Source: Mobula hypostoma (lineage: Eukaryota). From it: DNA of 64,000 nucleotides. The notes under the pieces were generated by a model. The model was given only the letters and a program-made list of their open reading frames with translations. It did no database searches and was not told the origin of the DNA. Below, piece by piece: positions 36,841 through 49,362 of the stretch. A program made the translations under genes and the position numbers. Location: assembly GCF_963921235.1 (NCBI RefSeq), contig NC_086121.1, positions 41,788,001 through 41,852,000 of the forward strand, read 5' to 3'. Position 1 is the first letter of the stretch; each line of letters begins with the position of its first letter.

Positions 36841-38997
36841 TACATGTTGATATTTTAACTCTTTGGTCATGTCCTGAGCAACGTTTATTCAAGGTCACTG
36901 CAGTGACATTTGAAACTGTGTGATCCTGTATGATTGTCAAAGCCCACTCTTCATTTTCATGTTGCAAGCTGTCCACAGAAGACTGACAAACCTGGCAGGA
37001 GTGTGATTTCTTCCACACAACAACCAATAGTGAGGAAATGATCAACAATGTCAATGCTTTGTTCATCTGTGCCCTGAAGGCACAATTAGTTCTGATTGGT
37101 TCTTCTTTACAACAGCGAGTCAGAAGACCACCTTCTTCCCCCCATAATTCTGCCAAACCCACCCAGACATTGAGCCAGTTTTAAGGAAACTGGGTTTATA
37201 ATGGACTTTCTCACATTGGTATTGCTGTCCGAGACCAATTAGAATTTCTCCCTTTCTCTTTCATTGTGATCAGACCTTCAGCTGAAGTCAGAAACATAAA
37301 CATATTAATTTGTCGGTACCAGAGCAGGCTTTTTATGTTTCCTCATATTCGCTTCCCCCAAACAGAAGCAAGAAGTCTCCTGTTGCTAAACCATATCCAT
37401 TTCCCTCAATATCTCAAAAGCTTAAATTCATGCTCTTCCAGGGTGTTGCTGGAAGTAACTGAATCACCCCACTGCAGATTCCTTATTTGTGTATTCTCTC
37501 TTGCATTAAACCCAGTTAATGTTCTGGAAAATTGACAGTGTCCTATCAAGGCCAATGCATACTTCCTAAAGTATGCTACCCTGACCTCTTACAGTACTCC
37601 AGGGACAGTAAGACAGGAGATGTTTAGAAGGTAAAGGGCCACACTTTGGCAGGTGAGACTAGCTAGGGTGGGGGCATCTTGTTTGGCATGGTCCAGCTGG
37701 GCTGTAGGGCTTGTTTCTCCGCTGTATAACTCTGTGACTGTATAACTAATCAAAGTTTTATATATCTCCAGCAGAAGCTCTCCCTTTCTGTATTGTAGTC
37801 CAGATGAAATGACCAGGATTTCATCAACCTTTTCAATATGTTCTTTACTTATTGGTGACAGGTTAATCCTTTGTCTGTCTGTGAATTCCCATCTCAGACG
37901 TGTGCAGCGGTGTGCTAAGAGCCCAAAGACTGAAACACCAAGCAGAGGAATGCACCTTGACAGATTCTACAGCAGCAGAGAGTCAGTAGTTCTACTTCCA
38001 GTATTCCTACTGAGTTTAACTTCATAACTTAGAGATGAATTAAACATGGAGCGAGGTTGGGTGAGTATATTAAATTGAAGTTTCATCACAAGGGCTTATT
38101 AAATGTTTTCTGTGGCTTTTATGGATGAAGCTGGATTGAGCTCTCAAAGAGCTGGGGCTGTAGTGCGACCACGCTGAAATGTTGTGCAGAGGGAAGTTAA
38201 TAAGTAAACAATGGACCACTGACCTGCTTGTCCTCTATTAAGCATCCAACCTTATGCAGTACTGCCTCAGGGTACTGAGATATATTTTCATGAGGGGTAT
38301 CACTGACTAGCATTCACATAAAATGCAATAGCTGTAACAGCTCCAGGATGGTCCAGCATAAAAAATCTTGTTGCATAAATCTCAATCCAGCTTCGCACTC
38401 ATTCCATATATCATAAGGAAATCGCACACGACTTTCATGCCATCTGCTTGGAGTTGTTGTGGAGTCTTTATAGGTCTCATGCACTGTTCTACAAAACAGG
38501 CAATTGAAAAATGGTTCTGCCGTTGCCAAAGCAATTTGATCTATTATTATACAGGGCCTCTTGCACTTACCAGCTTGTCAGATAACCATGCATGGTCTGA
38601 CAGTTAGTGAGGACAAATGGTTGGTTATATTTGATGTGCATATTTCTCTTCAATTTGAAAAAGCTGATGACAGTGGATATTTTTAAGATGTAACTGAATG
38701 TATCATCCATTGTGTATGCTCTGAGTCATACATCTTGTAGATACACGGCAGTTCACCCACTCTGTCAAGCTCTCTGAACTGTTTTGCCACCATACCCTTG
38801 TCCATTACATTAACCATTGTCAAGAGTCCAGAAATCTATTTCAATAAACTGAAATTACAACAGGGATGGCAAAAGTAGTCCCTTACATCATCCAGGAACT
38901 CTGCTGATCCAAAATGTGAAACAATGATCAAATACCAGGAGTTCCAGCCACTGAGCCCATGAGAAGAAGCAATTTCATTGCATGTGAAGCAACAAAT

Positions 38998-41900
38998 TGT
39001 GGCAAGCATTTGGTGGTCCATGACGACAGATAAAAAAAACTCCTTTAACTCAACAGCCATTTTTATTTGGCATTGTTTGGCCTCATACAGATGGGGGAGG
39101 TGATTATCACACACCCAATCTCTGGCTCAGGAGGGGAGCCAAACACCAGATCGACTGGCCTGAGCATGTCCTGCCCAAACTTGAGCACAGTTAGTGAACA
39201 ACTGCTGTCCGGTATGCCCACAATACTAGGGGGTAGGTAACGCTCCCAATCGTGCTGATGCCGGCTAACGAGGATTTCAAGCTGCCCAGCCAGGGTGCGG
39301 TTAAAGTGCTCCACCAGCCCATTGGTTTGGGGGCGAAGGAGGGTGGCCTGCATTTTGCGGATTCCCTGCTGACTGCGGACCTCGCTAAACACCTCAAACT
39401 GGTGCTCACCGTGGAATTCCTCAGGAGTGCTGAAATGGCAGAAGTCTCCTAGCGAAGGAAGTGGCACACGGGTCCAGGACCACATGTGCCTCTGCCACTT
39501 TGTGAAGTAATCCATGGCCTCCAGAACGTAGCGGCTCTCGGCATCGGTGCGGGAGAAGGGGCTCAGGATATCCACCCCTGTGCGCTCCAGGTACCGCTGC
39601 ACTGGTGCCCTCGACTGGCAGCCTGTCACCTCTGAGACCTGCCAATTAAACCATTCGCACAGCTTGCCCAACTTCTCTGCAGCCCCGAAATGTCCAGACC
39701 CACCAGCCTGTACACCGACCGCAGCACTGTGGCGTGGAGCCGCCGGGGGACCAGCGTATCGTTCGCCATCGGGAATCTGCCACTGCTGGAGCAGTAACCC
39801 GTTGCACACCGCCAGCGTGTCCCACTGTGAGTACAGGGTTTTGGTCTCTGGATCCAGGGCAGAGACCTCCCCCCACCCCGGCTGCTGTCCCACGCTCAGC
39901 CATCCCCTCGCCCAGGCCGACACCGGATCACTCACCTACTCGCTGCGCAACTGCTGGTGGGGGGCTCACCGCAGGCTGCCACCCAAAGCGCCACCCTCCC
40001 CGCGGCGACGGTAGTGACAGCTGGAGGCCTCACAGAGACAACAAGAGCGGGCAGCAGCATTACTGTGGTGCCTTCAGGTGTGGTGCTGCCCCTCGAAATC
40101 ATAGTTCTGGAGAGCCTCCAACCACCGCGCCCGCTGCCCCTCAGGGCTGCTGAAGCTCAACAGATGGGTCAGTGACACGTGGTCCATACAAACCAGGAAA
40201 CGTCGGCCAGAGTTAGGGGCGGAAGTGGCGGAGGGCCTGGACCACAGCCAAGAGTTTCCGACAGGTGACACAATAGTTCCATTCATGACAGGTCAGCGTG
40301 CGGCTGAATTATGCCACAATGCATTCTCCTTGGTCCCTCTCCTGTGATGGCACTGCGCTGAGCCCAGCGTTGCTGCCATCTGTGTCGACAATGAAGGGGC
40401 GCGCTGGATCAGAGTACGCCAGCTCCGGAGCCTGGGTGAGCACAGCTCGGAGCTGGTCGAAGGCAGCAGCACAGGTGTCAGCCCAGGCAAAGGGTTTCCC
40501 CTTCTCGGTGAGCTGGTGCAGGGACCTGGCGATGGTGGCGAAGTCCTCAGTAAACTGGCGGTGGGATGATGCCAGCCCCAGGAAGCTGCAAAGCTCAGAG
40601 ACATCGAGGGGGGTGGGCCATTCATTGACTGCCGCCACCTTCTCAGGGTTCATCGCCACTCCTTCCGCATTCACCACGTGCCCAGGAACTTCGGCTGGCT
40701 GTGCAACAGGGGCATCCTTTTGCACTATTGATGTGCAGGTTCACCTGGCAGATGACAGCGAAGACCTCTTCCAAGTTCTACAGGGCATCATCAAAAATGG
40801 TGGCGAAACACTAGAACCTCATCCAAGTAGAGGATACAGCGACTCCACGGAATGTGAGCCAGCATCAGCGCCCTCTCCCTCAGTCTCTGGAATGTGGCCA
40901 TGGCATTACCCGGGCCAAACGACATTACCCGAAAATGCCATAGCCCTTGACCGATGGTGAAGGCAGTAGCCACTGTGGAGATTGAGAGAGCTGAACTAGG
41001 TCCAGCTCGCGATACAGTTCAGGGCATCTTCAATTCGGGGCAGCGGGTAGCAGACCTTCTGGGTTACAACACTGAGACAGCGGTAGTCTACGCAGAATCA
41101 CCACGACCCGTCCTTCTACCTGACCAACACCGCTGGGGCTGCCTTGGGTGTTGGAGAGCTCGGTGATAGTGATGTCAGGCAAACATGCTGCCAAAGGCGG
41201 TCCAGCGGCAATGCCTTTACAAAGGCAGGGAGGGTGGGCTCTTCCTGGGCCAAGGGAGGGAACTGGGGGTAGCCATGCTGAGCACAGTGGCGGTAATCTG
41301 CTGTGAATGCCCCCAAGCTTCCTCCAAACGGTGCCACTTACTACCCAGTTCTTCCCTCATTGCTTCCTCCAACGGCCTCTGCTCGGAACACCGCTCCAGC
41401 ACCACTACGAGGGCCCTGTAGTCACGCGGCGCCACTGGTGTTAAGTCAAGGAGGGCCCGCAGGACATTGCCCCTCCAGCGCCAGGGCAAAGTGCACCTTT
41501 GTCTTGGTAGAGCTTCACCCATTGTGCCAGGTGGCAAGTTTGACTTGTGCCAGGTAAGGCTGCGGGCAGATGGTGCTATTCTATCTGACAGCCTCATGGT
41601 GGACCTCGTGGTGTTTATTGCTGAGGCCTGTTGGTTTTCCTCTTGCTGTGGCATTGTCGGTGGTGCCTGCCACATTGGACATCCTCCCGTGGCTGCAGCA
41701 AATTGGGTTCCCCAGTGCGGAACATGAGGGAGGTGCTGATGCATTTTGCCGTGTCCCCCAGGCTGGGGATCCTCAGTATGCTCACCCTGTCGGGGTTCGC
41801 TGGTCCTATCTCCGGGTCGGAGTCCGGCCCAGCCTGGGGGAACGGGGGTGGGGGGCGCATACTGCTCAGTCCCTCGACTTATTTTCGGGTCTTAAAGGGA

Positions 41901-42341
41901 TTCATCCAACATCGTAACTCTTCAATCTCATCGCCAATTTGTAATCCCACTCCTGATACCAAGGCCTTTGGTCCTTGATGACAGAGAAGTAAAACTCATC
42001 TAGCTCAACAGCCGTTTTTATTGAGGTAAGCATGAAAACAGACCGGGCACTGTGACCCAGGGAGGGAACTCACCCAGACACATACAAATACAGGAGGAGA
42101 TTATCACACACCCTGTTTACAGTCTGGTGGCCCACAAACAGACAAGCAAACAACTGTATAACCCAGGCTAAAATGTAACAATAAATGAACTTGAACATCC
42201 CACCATAATCCCATGAATGCATTTTCAAACAAGAACAATAAGAAGCGCTGGCCGCCAGGGATGCTGGGATAAGCTGTCAACCACACTTCCCTCCTCCACC
42301 CCACCCCCCACCCGGGAAAGCCAGGGCTGTATGTGGCGACA
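38998..42341 (-). mobile_element. Defective Ty3/Gypsy LTR retrotransposon, copy 1
   Basis: 5' LTR about 41962-42341; PBS 41943-41961; gag remnants; RT GLWHFRVMSFG..NAMATFQRL..LYLDEVLVF; RNase H PFIVDTDGSNAGLSAV; integrase GVDILSPF..MDYFTKW..PQTNGLVEHFNRTL; partial 3' LTR 38998-39120. Confidence 0.9.
41943..41961 (-). other. Primer-binding site complementary to the tRNA-Leu(CAG) 3' end
   Basis: Plus strand aatcccactcctgatacca versus vertebrate tRNA-Leu(CAG) 3' end AATCCCACTCCTGACACCA (1 mismatch), next to the LTR. Confidence 0.8.
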
Positions 42342-42490
42342 TGTACAGTATGTACCATAATATATTAAGGTGGAATTTCAGTGTCATATAAAGATCACAA
42401 TAAGGAAGGAAAGTTGTTTAGAGCAAAATGTAACCAGCTGAACAGGCAGCAGTGAACTTTGAATTACAAGCATGATTCTTGGAATTTAAG

Positions 42491-42503
42491 TGACCTTTGA
42501 CCT
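42491..42503 (-). promoter_or_regulatory. Perfect DR1 nuclear-receptor element (AGGTCA-A-AGGTCA)
   Basis: Plus strand tgacctttgacct; function not shown. Confidence 0.45.
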
Positions 42504-42844
42504 CCAATAGGTGACATTTATATGTTTGCGGATAAAAGACCGGGCACTGTGCGGACCTGATATTGCTGTGTTGTATTCAAATCCTGGTGGAAGGATGCAG
42601 AGGGGGCAGGTCATGACACCGATTGGTGCACAGAATTAGCTTGACCTTAGTATTGCAACTGCGAGTTCTCCTTTCCATCGAGTCCCTTCTCTTCAATTTG
42701 TACAATGGGGCACATTTTCAGCTGCATTTTACTGCACACATTTCTTATTTCAGATGGACATTAAGAAAAATAGGGACCGTTTATACAGAGCATACGGCTT
42801 AATTATTCCTCCACTATTGACTCTGTACTTGCCTCACACATGCA

Positions 42845-43225
42845 AAGTTCAAAGTAAAATTTATTATCAGAGTACATACATGTCATCACATACAACCCTG
42901 AGATTCTTTTTCTGCAGGCATACTTATACAGAACAGTAACCGTAAATAGGATTTGTAAACTGTAAACATCAGGAACTGTAAACAAACTGTGCAAATACAG
43001 AAAATAAATAGTAATAAATAACAAGTATGAAATAATAAGATGAAAGAGTCCTTAAATGAGTGTAGTTATCCCCTTTTTTCAAGAGCCTGATGATTGATGA
43101 GTAGTAACTGTTCTTGAACCTGGTGGTGTGAGTCCTGAGGCACCTGTACCTTCTATCTGATGGCAGTAGTGTGGAAAGAGCGTGGCCTGGGTGGTGAGGA
43201 TCTGTGATGATGGATGCTGTTTCTT
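42845..43225 (-). mobile_element. Rex1/Babar 3' end
   Basis: Minus strand LPSDRRYRCLRTHTTRFKNSY-like C-terminus; tail aatctcagggttgtatg..ctctgataataaattttactttgaacttt. Confidence 0.8.
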
Positions 43226-43569
43226 TACATAAACTTCAAGCAATGGGAAGAACTCTCACTATTGCTGTTTAAAGAGATCATCCGCTATTGATTTTTTTTC
43301 CTTTACCAAGCAGCTCCAGCAATTTAATTATTTATCACCCCCCCCCCCCCAAGAGTTTTGTCGTTTCTAAGATTGTTTTTAATTCACTAAGTATCTGGAG
43401 AGTATTGCAGTAAGTTTTGAAACTTTTTTTTTTGCAGAATTCTAGGTTTCTATGTTTTTGCCAGTTTATATCTGCAGTATAACCCTGGTACATTCAAAGC
43501 TAGCCGGCTGTTATGGTCATACGGAATCAAAATGCCCACATAATTAGTGTCTTTGAAGGATTTATGGAG

Positions 43570-43910
43570 TGCATGGGGTCACAACTGGAACAGCTATTGT
43601 CTCACAGTGCCGAGAACTGGCTTCAGTCCTGGTCTCTCGCGCTGTTTATGTGGACTTTGCATGTTTTCCCCGGGATCGCGTGGGCTTCCCCCAAGTGTGT
43701 TGTTTCCCTCCCACATCCCAAAGGTGTGCTGGTTGGTGAGTTCATCGGCTGATGGAAATTGCCCCTGGTGTATAGGTGAGTGGTAGAACCTGTAGGGACT
43801 GGAATAGAATATAGGGAGAATGAAACTGATTAGCATAAATCTTTGCCTGAATAGCACAAACTCAGTGGGCTGACGGACGTGTTTCCATGCTGTGTGTGTC
43901 TCTGTGACTC
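43570..43910 (+). mobile_element. V-domain SINE (HE1-like)
   Basis: tttgcatgttttccccgggatcgcgtgggcttcccccaagtgtgttgtttccctcccacatcccaaagg; CR1-type tail tgtttccatgctgt. Confidence 0.75.
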
Positions 43911-44689
43911 AATGACTTATGAGTATTACAGTAAGCAAGTATCTTCTGGCATCAAACATAAATTATTTTGAGGAGATTGTGTGAAACCAAAGGACCAATG
44001 AAGTGTTGAGATATATAATTTTAAAAATGCTCTATTGTGCATGGAGGTGTAAGAGAGGGAAATTTCATTGATACAAAATTTGTGCCTTTGATAATCAAAA
44101 TCAATCCAGTAAATAATTCTTCTTGACTGGACAATATTGAAGAGTATTTATAGCATCTCTTATCTCCACTGTTCTCTGCCCTTTAAAACATTGACATCAT
44201 CAGACATTGGAATATAGTTACAAAACCTTTTCTATTTATTTGATTCTAGTGCTGGATGGGAGCAATGCAAGGCTGTCTGTCCAGTCGACCATCAGTTGCC
44301 GGGAAGAGCTGTGAAATATGATGCAGATTGAATGAGAAAGCAGCAGAACCAAGAAGCAATGAGCTCTTTCAGTGAATCCCATCTGAATTGATCCAGCAGA
44401 ACCAGTTCACTGAGTAGGATAATTCACTGAGTATGTGATCTGACTCAGTTCCTTCTCTTCAACTTGAGGTTGCCCTTGCACAAGTGAGCAAGGCTCTCTT
44501 TCAAATTACCACTATCTAGTATAAATTTGTTTTGAGTCACATCAAGTAATCCATGGAAGCCTCAAAATGGAAGGCTGCTTATAAATGTATCCAAAAGGAT
44601 TTGATCTGATGCCTCTCTGCCTACAGGGAGTTATTAAATGCAGTTTGATTTTCTGTTAGGGCTTATTCTGTACATTGTACATTGGATAT

Positions 44690-44965
44690 AAAACAGTATA
44701 CCACGATACGGTCTCTTCAGCCTACAGTATTGAGCCAACCAATGTAAACCTATTCCATGACGAATCTAACCCTTCCCTCCTACACAGCCCATAAGACTCC
44801 ATTTTTTTTTTACATCCATGTGTCTATCTTAGAATCTCTTAAATATCTGTATTGTATTGGCTTCTACCACCACACCTGGAAGTGTGTTCCAGCCACTTCC
44901 CTATCTCAGACCTACCTCTAACATCTCCCCTAAACTTTCTTCCATTCCCCTTAAAACATATAACG
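44690..44965 (-). mobile_element. Old CR1 3' fragment
   Basis: KGNGRKFRGDVRG (ORF 44839); tctcttaaat..ttctaccaccacacctgg. Confidence 0.65.
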
Positions 44966-44994
44966 TCAGCCAAATCTTTACGTTGACTATCTGC

Positions 44995-45995
44995 TGAGGA
45001 TGGTGCCAAATTTCTGGATCTTGGCCAAGGTTTAATCAACACGGTTTGTGGATCAGCCTCTGTAGTTTACGTTACGATGTGTTTCCACTTTCTCCTTTTT
45101 TTGTTGCTATTTTGGGCAATCTTGATTGGGGCGGCCTGCAGAAAATGAACGGAGCACAACTGAACATCCCTGACTCTTTCAATTTTGTGTTTTATATTCT
45201 GTGTTTCTCGCTTGTTTTTTGTTGTTGTTGCTGTTTGCGTGATTTTTTTTTACACATGGAGGGATTGATGTTTTGTTTTGAACAAGTTCATGGTTTTTTT
45301 CAGATTATGAGGACACTCAGTCCTCTTTTATTGTCATTTAGAAATGCATACATGCATTAAGAAATGATACAATGTTCCTCCAGAGTGATAGCACAGAAAA
45401 ACAGGACAAACCAAAGACTAACACTGACAGAACCACATAATTATAACATATATTTACAGCAGTGTAAAGCAATACCATAACTTGATAAAGAACAGACCAT
45501 GGGCACGGTAAAAAAAAAGTCTCAAGTCCTGATTGACTCCCGAGTCCCCGATAGCAGGCGGCAAAAGGGAGAAACTCCCTGCCATAAACCTCCAGGCACC
45601 GACAACTTGCCAATGCATTGGAAGCACATGACCACAGCCGACACTGAGTCCATCCATCCAAAAACTTCGAGCCTCCGACCAGCCCCTCTGATACAGCCTC
45701 CTGAGCGCCATCCTCTGCCGAGCGCCTTCGACCTTGCCTCGGCCGCTGAAACAAGCAAAGCCGAGGATTCGGGGCCTTCTGCTCCGGAGATTCCGGTTAC
45801 CACACAGTAGCAGCGGCAGCAAAGGAGGCATTTCAGAAGTTTCTCCAGATGTTCCTCTGTACTCTCACATCTTTCTCCATCAAATCAGGATTGTACACGA
45901 TACCCTACTTGACAGATTACAGATATCATTCACCGGGCTACATCGCGCCGCCATCTTCTCCTCCCCTTTTCTTTGTTTTGTGGCTGTCTGTGGGG
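44995..45995 (+). mobile_element. Non-coding retroposon (GATGG head) interrupted by an opposite-strand element
   Basis: gaggatggtgcc..ttttatattctgtgttt..catggtttttt | ttttctttgttttgtggctgtctg. Confidence 0.55.
45302..45966 (-). mobile_element. Young CpG-rich non-coding retroposon with YY1-type 5' motif and Rex1-like 3' end
   Basis: Minus strand begins ggggaggagAAGATGGCGGCG and ends ggaggaacattgtatc..aaatgacaataaaagaggactgagtgtcctcataatct (compare 7125-7190). Confidence 0.7.
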
Positions 45996-47070
45996 AAGGC
46001 TTCGAATCTTCATCCCCTGAACCCCAGCAGCCGGCAAAAGGTGGAAATCAATAAAACTGCAGATGTGCTGAATCTGAAATAAAAATGAAAGTCACTGAAA
46101 TCACTTAACAGCATCTGATGAGGGGCGCTTGACTTGAAAAGTTAACTCTGTTTGAACCCGAGGAGAGATTGACATGTGACTTTGTTAGCATTCTCAAAAA
46201 CTGACTCTTACCCAAGAACAGAGAGAACATAGGTACCACAGGTGGCCCAGAAGTCAAAGTTTGTGACAGGTAAGGACATCATATAATGTCAGGGAAAGTC
46301 TGTCTGGTGCAGTGATTGTTGAAACTGATCAGTAGAGGGGTCCACAATGGGGAAGAAAAGGAGAAGCCACTCACTCCTCTTCCTCCTGGCCCAGAAAACC
46401 TCATGAAGAAGTTCATCTTGTGTCAAGAATCCCACCAGGCTCTGGGAGGGTATTCTGCTCCCTACAGAGAGGGGTTCTGGGTATGACACCACAAAACTGC
46501 ACGAGACCAACAGCTGATGAGGACCCAGCTAAAACAGCTTTATAGTAAAGTAGTTTGACTGTGAGGAACAGAACGAGCAAGGTAAGGGGGTCTGATCCTG
46601 TGAGCGGACTTCCTGATAAAAGAAAGTTCCAACAGCCGTCCTCACAGTAAAGAACTCGCCAGCTGATCAGGAAAGAGGATGTGTGTTGTCCCTCCAGTCC
46701 ATGGATGAGCGACAACTGAAAATGATTAACTTCAGAACTGCAAGAGGCCCGGCGTGGGTTAAGAACAAAAGAAAGCTTTGCAAAGATTGGGGAACATTGA
46801 TAGAAGGGATGAGCAATCCGATGCACCAGGAGCACCAACCTGAGAACATCCATTCTGAGAAGGAGGCTTGTGCGTTCAGAACTGCGAAGCTGACTAATCT
46901 TCTCTCTCATGGGGAATATTTATGTGCAAGCCATGAGTCTTGTGAATTAATGTAAAACGTGATAATTCGTTACAGTAGCTCAAACACGACATTGTTGGAA
47001 GTCAGTGATCCACATACGTAAGTCATTTGTTTTCCATAGAGATTAAGTTGCACTAAATCTTTGCTTAGGG

Positions 47071-47151
47071 CAGGGGCTCCCAACGTTTTTTATGCCATGG
47101 ACCCCCTACTATGAACCGAGGGATCCTTGAACCCCAGTTTGGGAACCCGTG
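47071..47151. mobile_element. Short hAT-type MITE
   Basis: Imperfect TIRs caggggctcccaac / tttgggaacccgtg; same terminus type as 55208. Confidence 0.6.
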
Positions 47152-48688
47152 ATTTAGTGGATGTGTTAGTTGACCCCCTGTAGAGGGATTAGGGTCCACA
47201 CCGGGTGCTGTTGTCACCAGTTATGTGATCCACAACTAAGCTTGTGGTGAAGACAGTGCATGTGAGTCACAGAGACACAGACCGGTGCAAGTTCTGATAG
47301 TAATGGCTCCAGGAATATTCCAGGGTTAATGAGAGGTGAAGCCTGGTCTTATGTAGGACAAGATGGATAACTCTTAACCTCACAATCTATCTTGTTATAA
47401 TCTTGCATCTTATTGTCTAGCTGTGCTGCAAGTTCTCTGAGATGTTATGCTTTATTGAGCATTATTATTGTCTTCTCCTGTTTTTCCTCAATACACGGTG
47501 TAATGAATGTACGAACAAGCTGTGTGAGCAAGACAAGATTTTCACTGTAACTCAGTACATGTGACAATAATAAACCAATTCCAATCCTGATTCTGGTTGG
47601 TCCAGAAAAAGTGTTGACATTTCTTTTAGTAAAGAAGCAGGTTGGAAGCTTCCCAAAATGGAAGAAGCACATTTCATGGGGTCTGGGGGAGTTGCAGCAG
47701 TTTAGTGTATGATCTGTGTTAGTGAAGTTAGTGAATCAGGTAGCATCAGGTAGATCAAAGCTAAGGGCAATGGCGTAGACAGACAACCAAATGAGGAGTA
47801 TTTCAGTACATGGGAGAGGGAAGGAAAGGGATAGCAAAGGAAGAGAGCAGACAGATCTGGGGACATCAACCATTTGTGGAACAGATACAGGAATGGAGGG
47901 AGAAAAAAATAAAATGTCTGAGTTTGTGGGAGCAAACAGCAAGAAAACTACTTAGTGGAGAATTGACCTACTTATGCTAAGATGTCAGATTCCACAACAT
48001 CAAATAATTGTAAAGCTATTTAAAATGCCCATTAGGCCATTAAGCATCTGTGAATACGCTCCGATTTTGACCTTTAGCTCTGTTTCTCTCCCCACAGCTG
48101 CCTTCTCTCTTGCCGAGTATTGCCCATAATTGCCCCTTTTTCAGATTTTCAGCATCTTCAGTTTTTTCTTTAGTTTTCTTCTGAATGAAGTTGCTTTATG
48201 TATCTACAAAGTAGGCCTTGTATCTCCAGTTAAAGCCCCGATTCAGAGGAGTGATACCAAGACTGTTCAGAGAAGTGGGAGAAGGATTGGGTGGTCACAG
48301 AGGAGAGAAATGATTAATGGAAACTGTGATGCTCATGGGTCTCAGATCCACAAATGATATAACACATGCACCATCTGATGTCCCTGAACCTGCCCTGTGG
48401 CCCCGATGTGTTTGCATATCATCTCCTCAGAAGATATCTCTAAGAAGATTGATGGAAGTGGACCACATGTTCACAGTTGATCTTTGGTGGACTGGAGAAC
48501 AAAAATAGATAGAAATGAGATGTAGCTTTGTTTGAATGGATAGTTCACTGTCTTATCTTGCCATTAATATCCCAGAGTTATTATCAAATGGTTGAATGAT
48601 AAATGCCAAGTAGAATCTGGGGAGCCTTCACAGGGATTTTGGATCTTCCACATCCACCTGAGAAGGTAAATCAAGAATTGATTTAACT

Positions 48689-48953
48689 TCGCAAACAACA
48701 GGAATTCTGCAGATGCTGGAAATTCAAGCAACACACATAAAAGTTGCTGGTGAACAGCTCTTGGCTCCATCCCTCCCCCTCCTGTCTTCTCCTATCATTT
48801 TGGATCTCCCCCTCCCCCTCCAACTTTCAAATCCCTTACTCACTCTTCCTTCAGTTAGTCCTGATGAAGGGTCTCGGCCTTTAACGTTGACTGCACCTCT
48901 TCCTAGAGATGCTGCCTGGCCTGCTGCGTTCACCAGCAACTTTTATGTGTGTT
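48689..48953. mobile_element. Penelope pLTR insertion with inverted ends and 13-bp TSD
   Basis: TSD aattgatttaact at 48676-48688 and 48954-48966; perfect 26-bp inverted repeat 48730-48755 / 48928-48953; body closely matches the reverse complement of 9140-9325. Confidence 0.88.
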
Positions 48954-49044
48954 AATTGATTTAACTCTTAGGTTGAGGATGGAGGCAGATTTGAGCAGAT
49001 GATTACAATTTTGTCATTGAAAATGTAAAATATCATTGGAAGTC

Positions 49045-49362
49045 TTATGGGTGGAACAGTACTGCAGCTAATAGAGCCACTATCACATAGTGCCAGAGAC
49101 GGTTCAATTCTGATGTTCGGGTGCTGTGGGTGTGGATCTGGCACGTTCCCCCCGTGTACATATGTGTTTCCTCTGAGTAAGGGTGGTTTCTACCAACACT
49201 CCAAAAATGTGGATTTGGTCACTGTAAAGTTCCCCTCGTGTATAGGTAAGTGATAGGATCTGGGAGGACTAGGCAGGAGTCCACGAGAATAAAATGGATG
49301 GTTGATGTTTGACACATAGTCAGTGGAGCAACGAGTGTGTTTCTGTGCTGTTTCTCTCTATA
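49045..49362 (+). mobile_element. Degenerate V-SINE
   Basis: ggttcaattctga..gcacgttccccccgtg..gtttcctctgag..ggtttctaccaacactccaaaa. Confidence 0.6.

Noticed and set aside
41943-41961. tRNA-Leu gene fragment (also 62093-62110)
   Set aside because: Only the 3' 18-19 nt including CCA are present, next to an LTR; this is a primer-binding site.
42040-42551. 15-bp duplication agaccgggcactgtg containing a V(D)J RSS heptamer
   Set aside because: No correctly spaced ACAAAAACC nonamer and no Ig/TCR segment nearby; one copy is LTR sequence; likely chance.
42725-42939. Acceptor-like tttcttatttcag followed by an ATG ORF
   Set aside because: The ORF runs into a Rex1 tail and has no recognisable product; cannot be supported as an exon.
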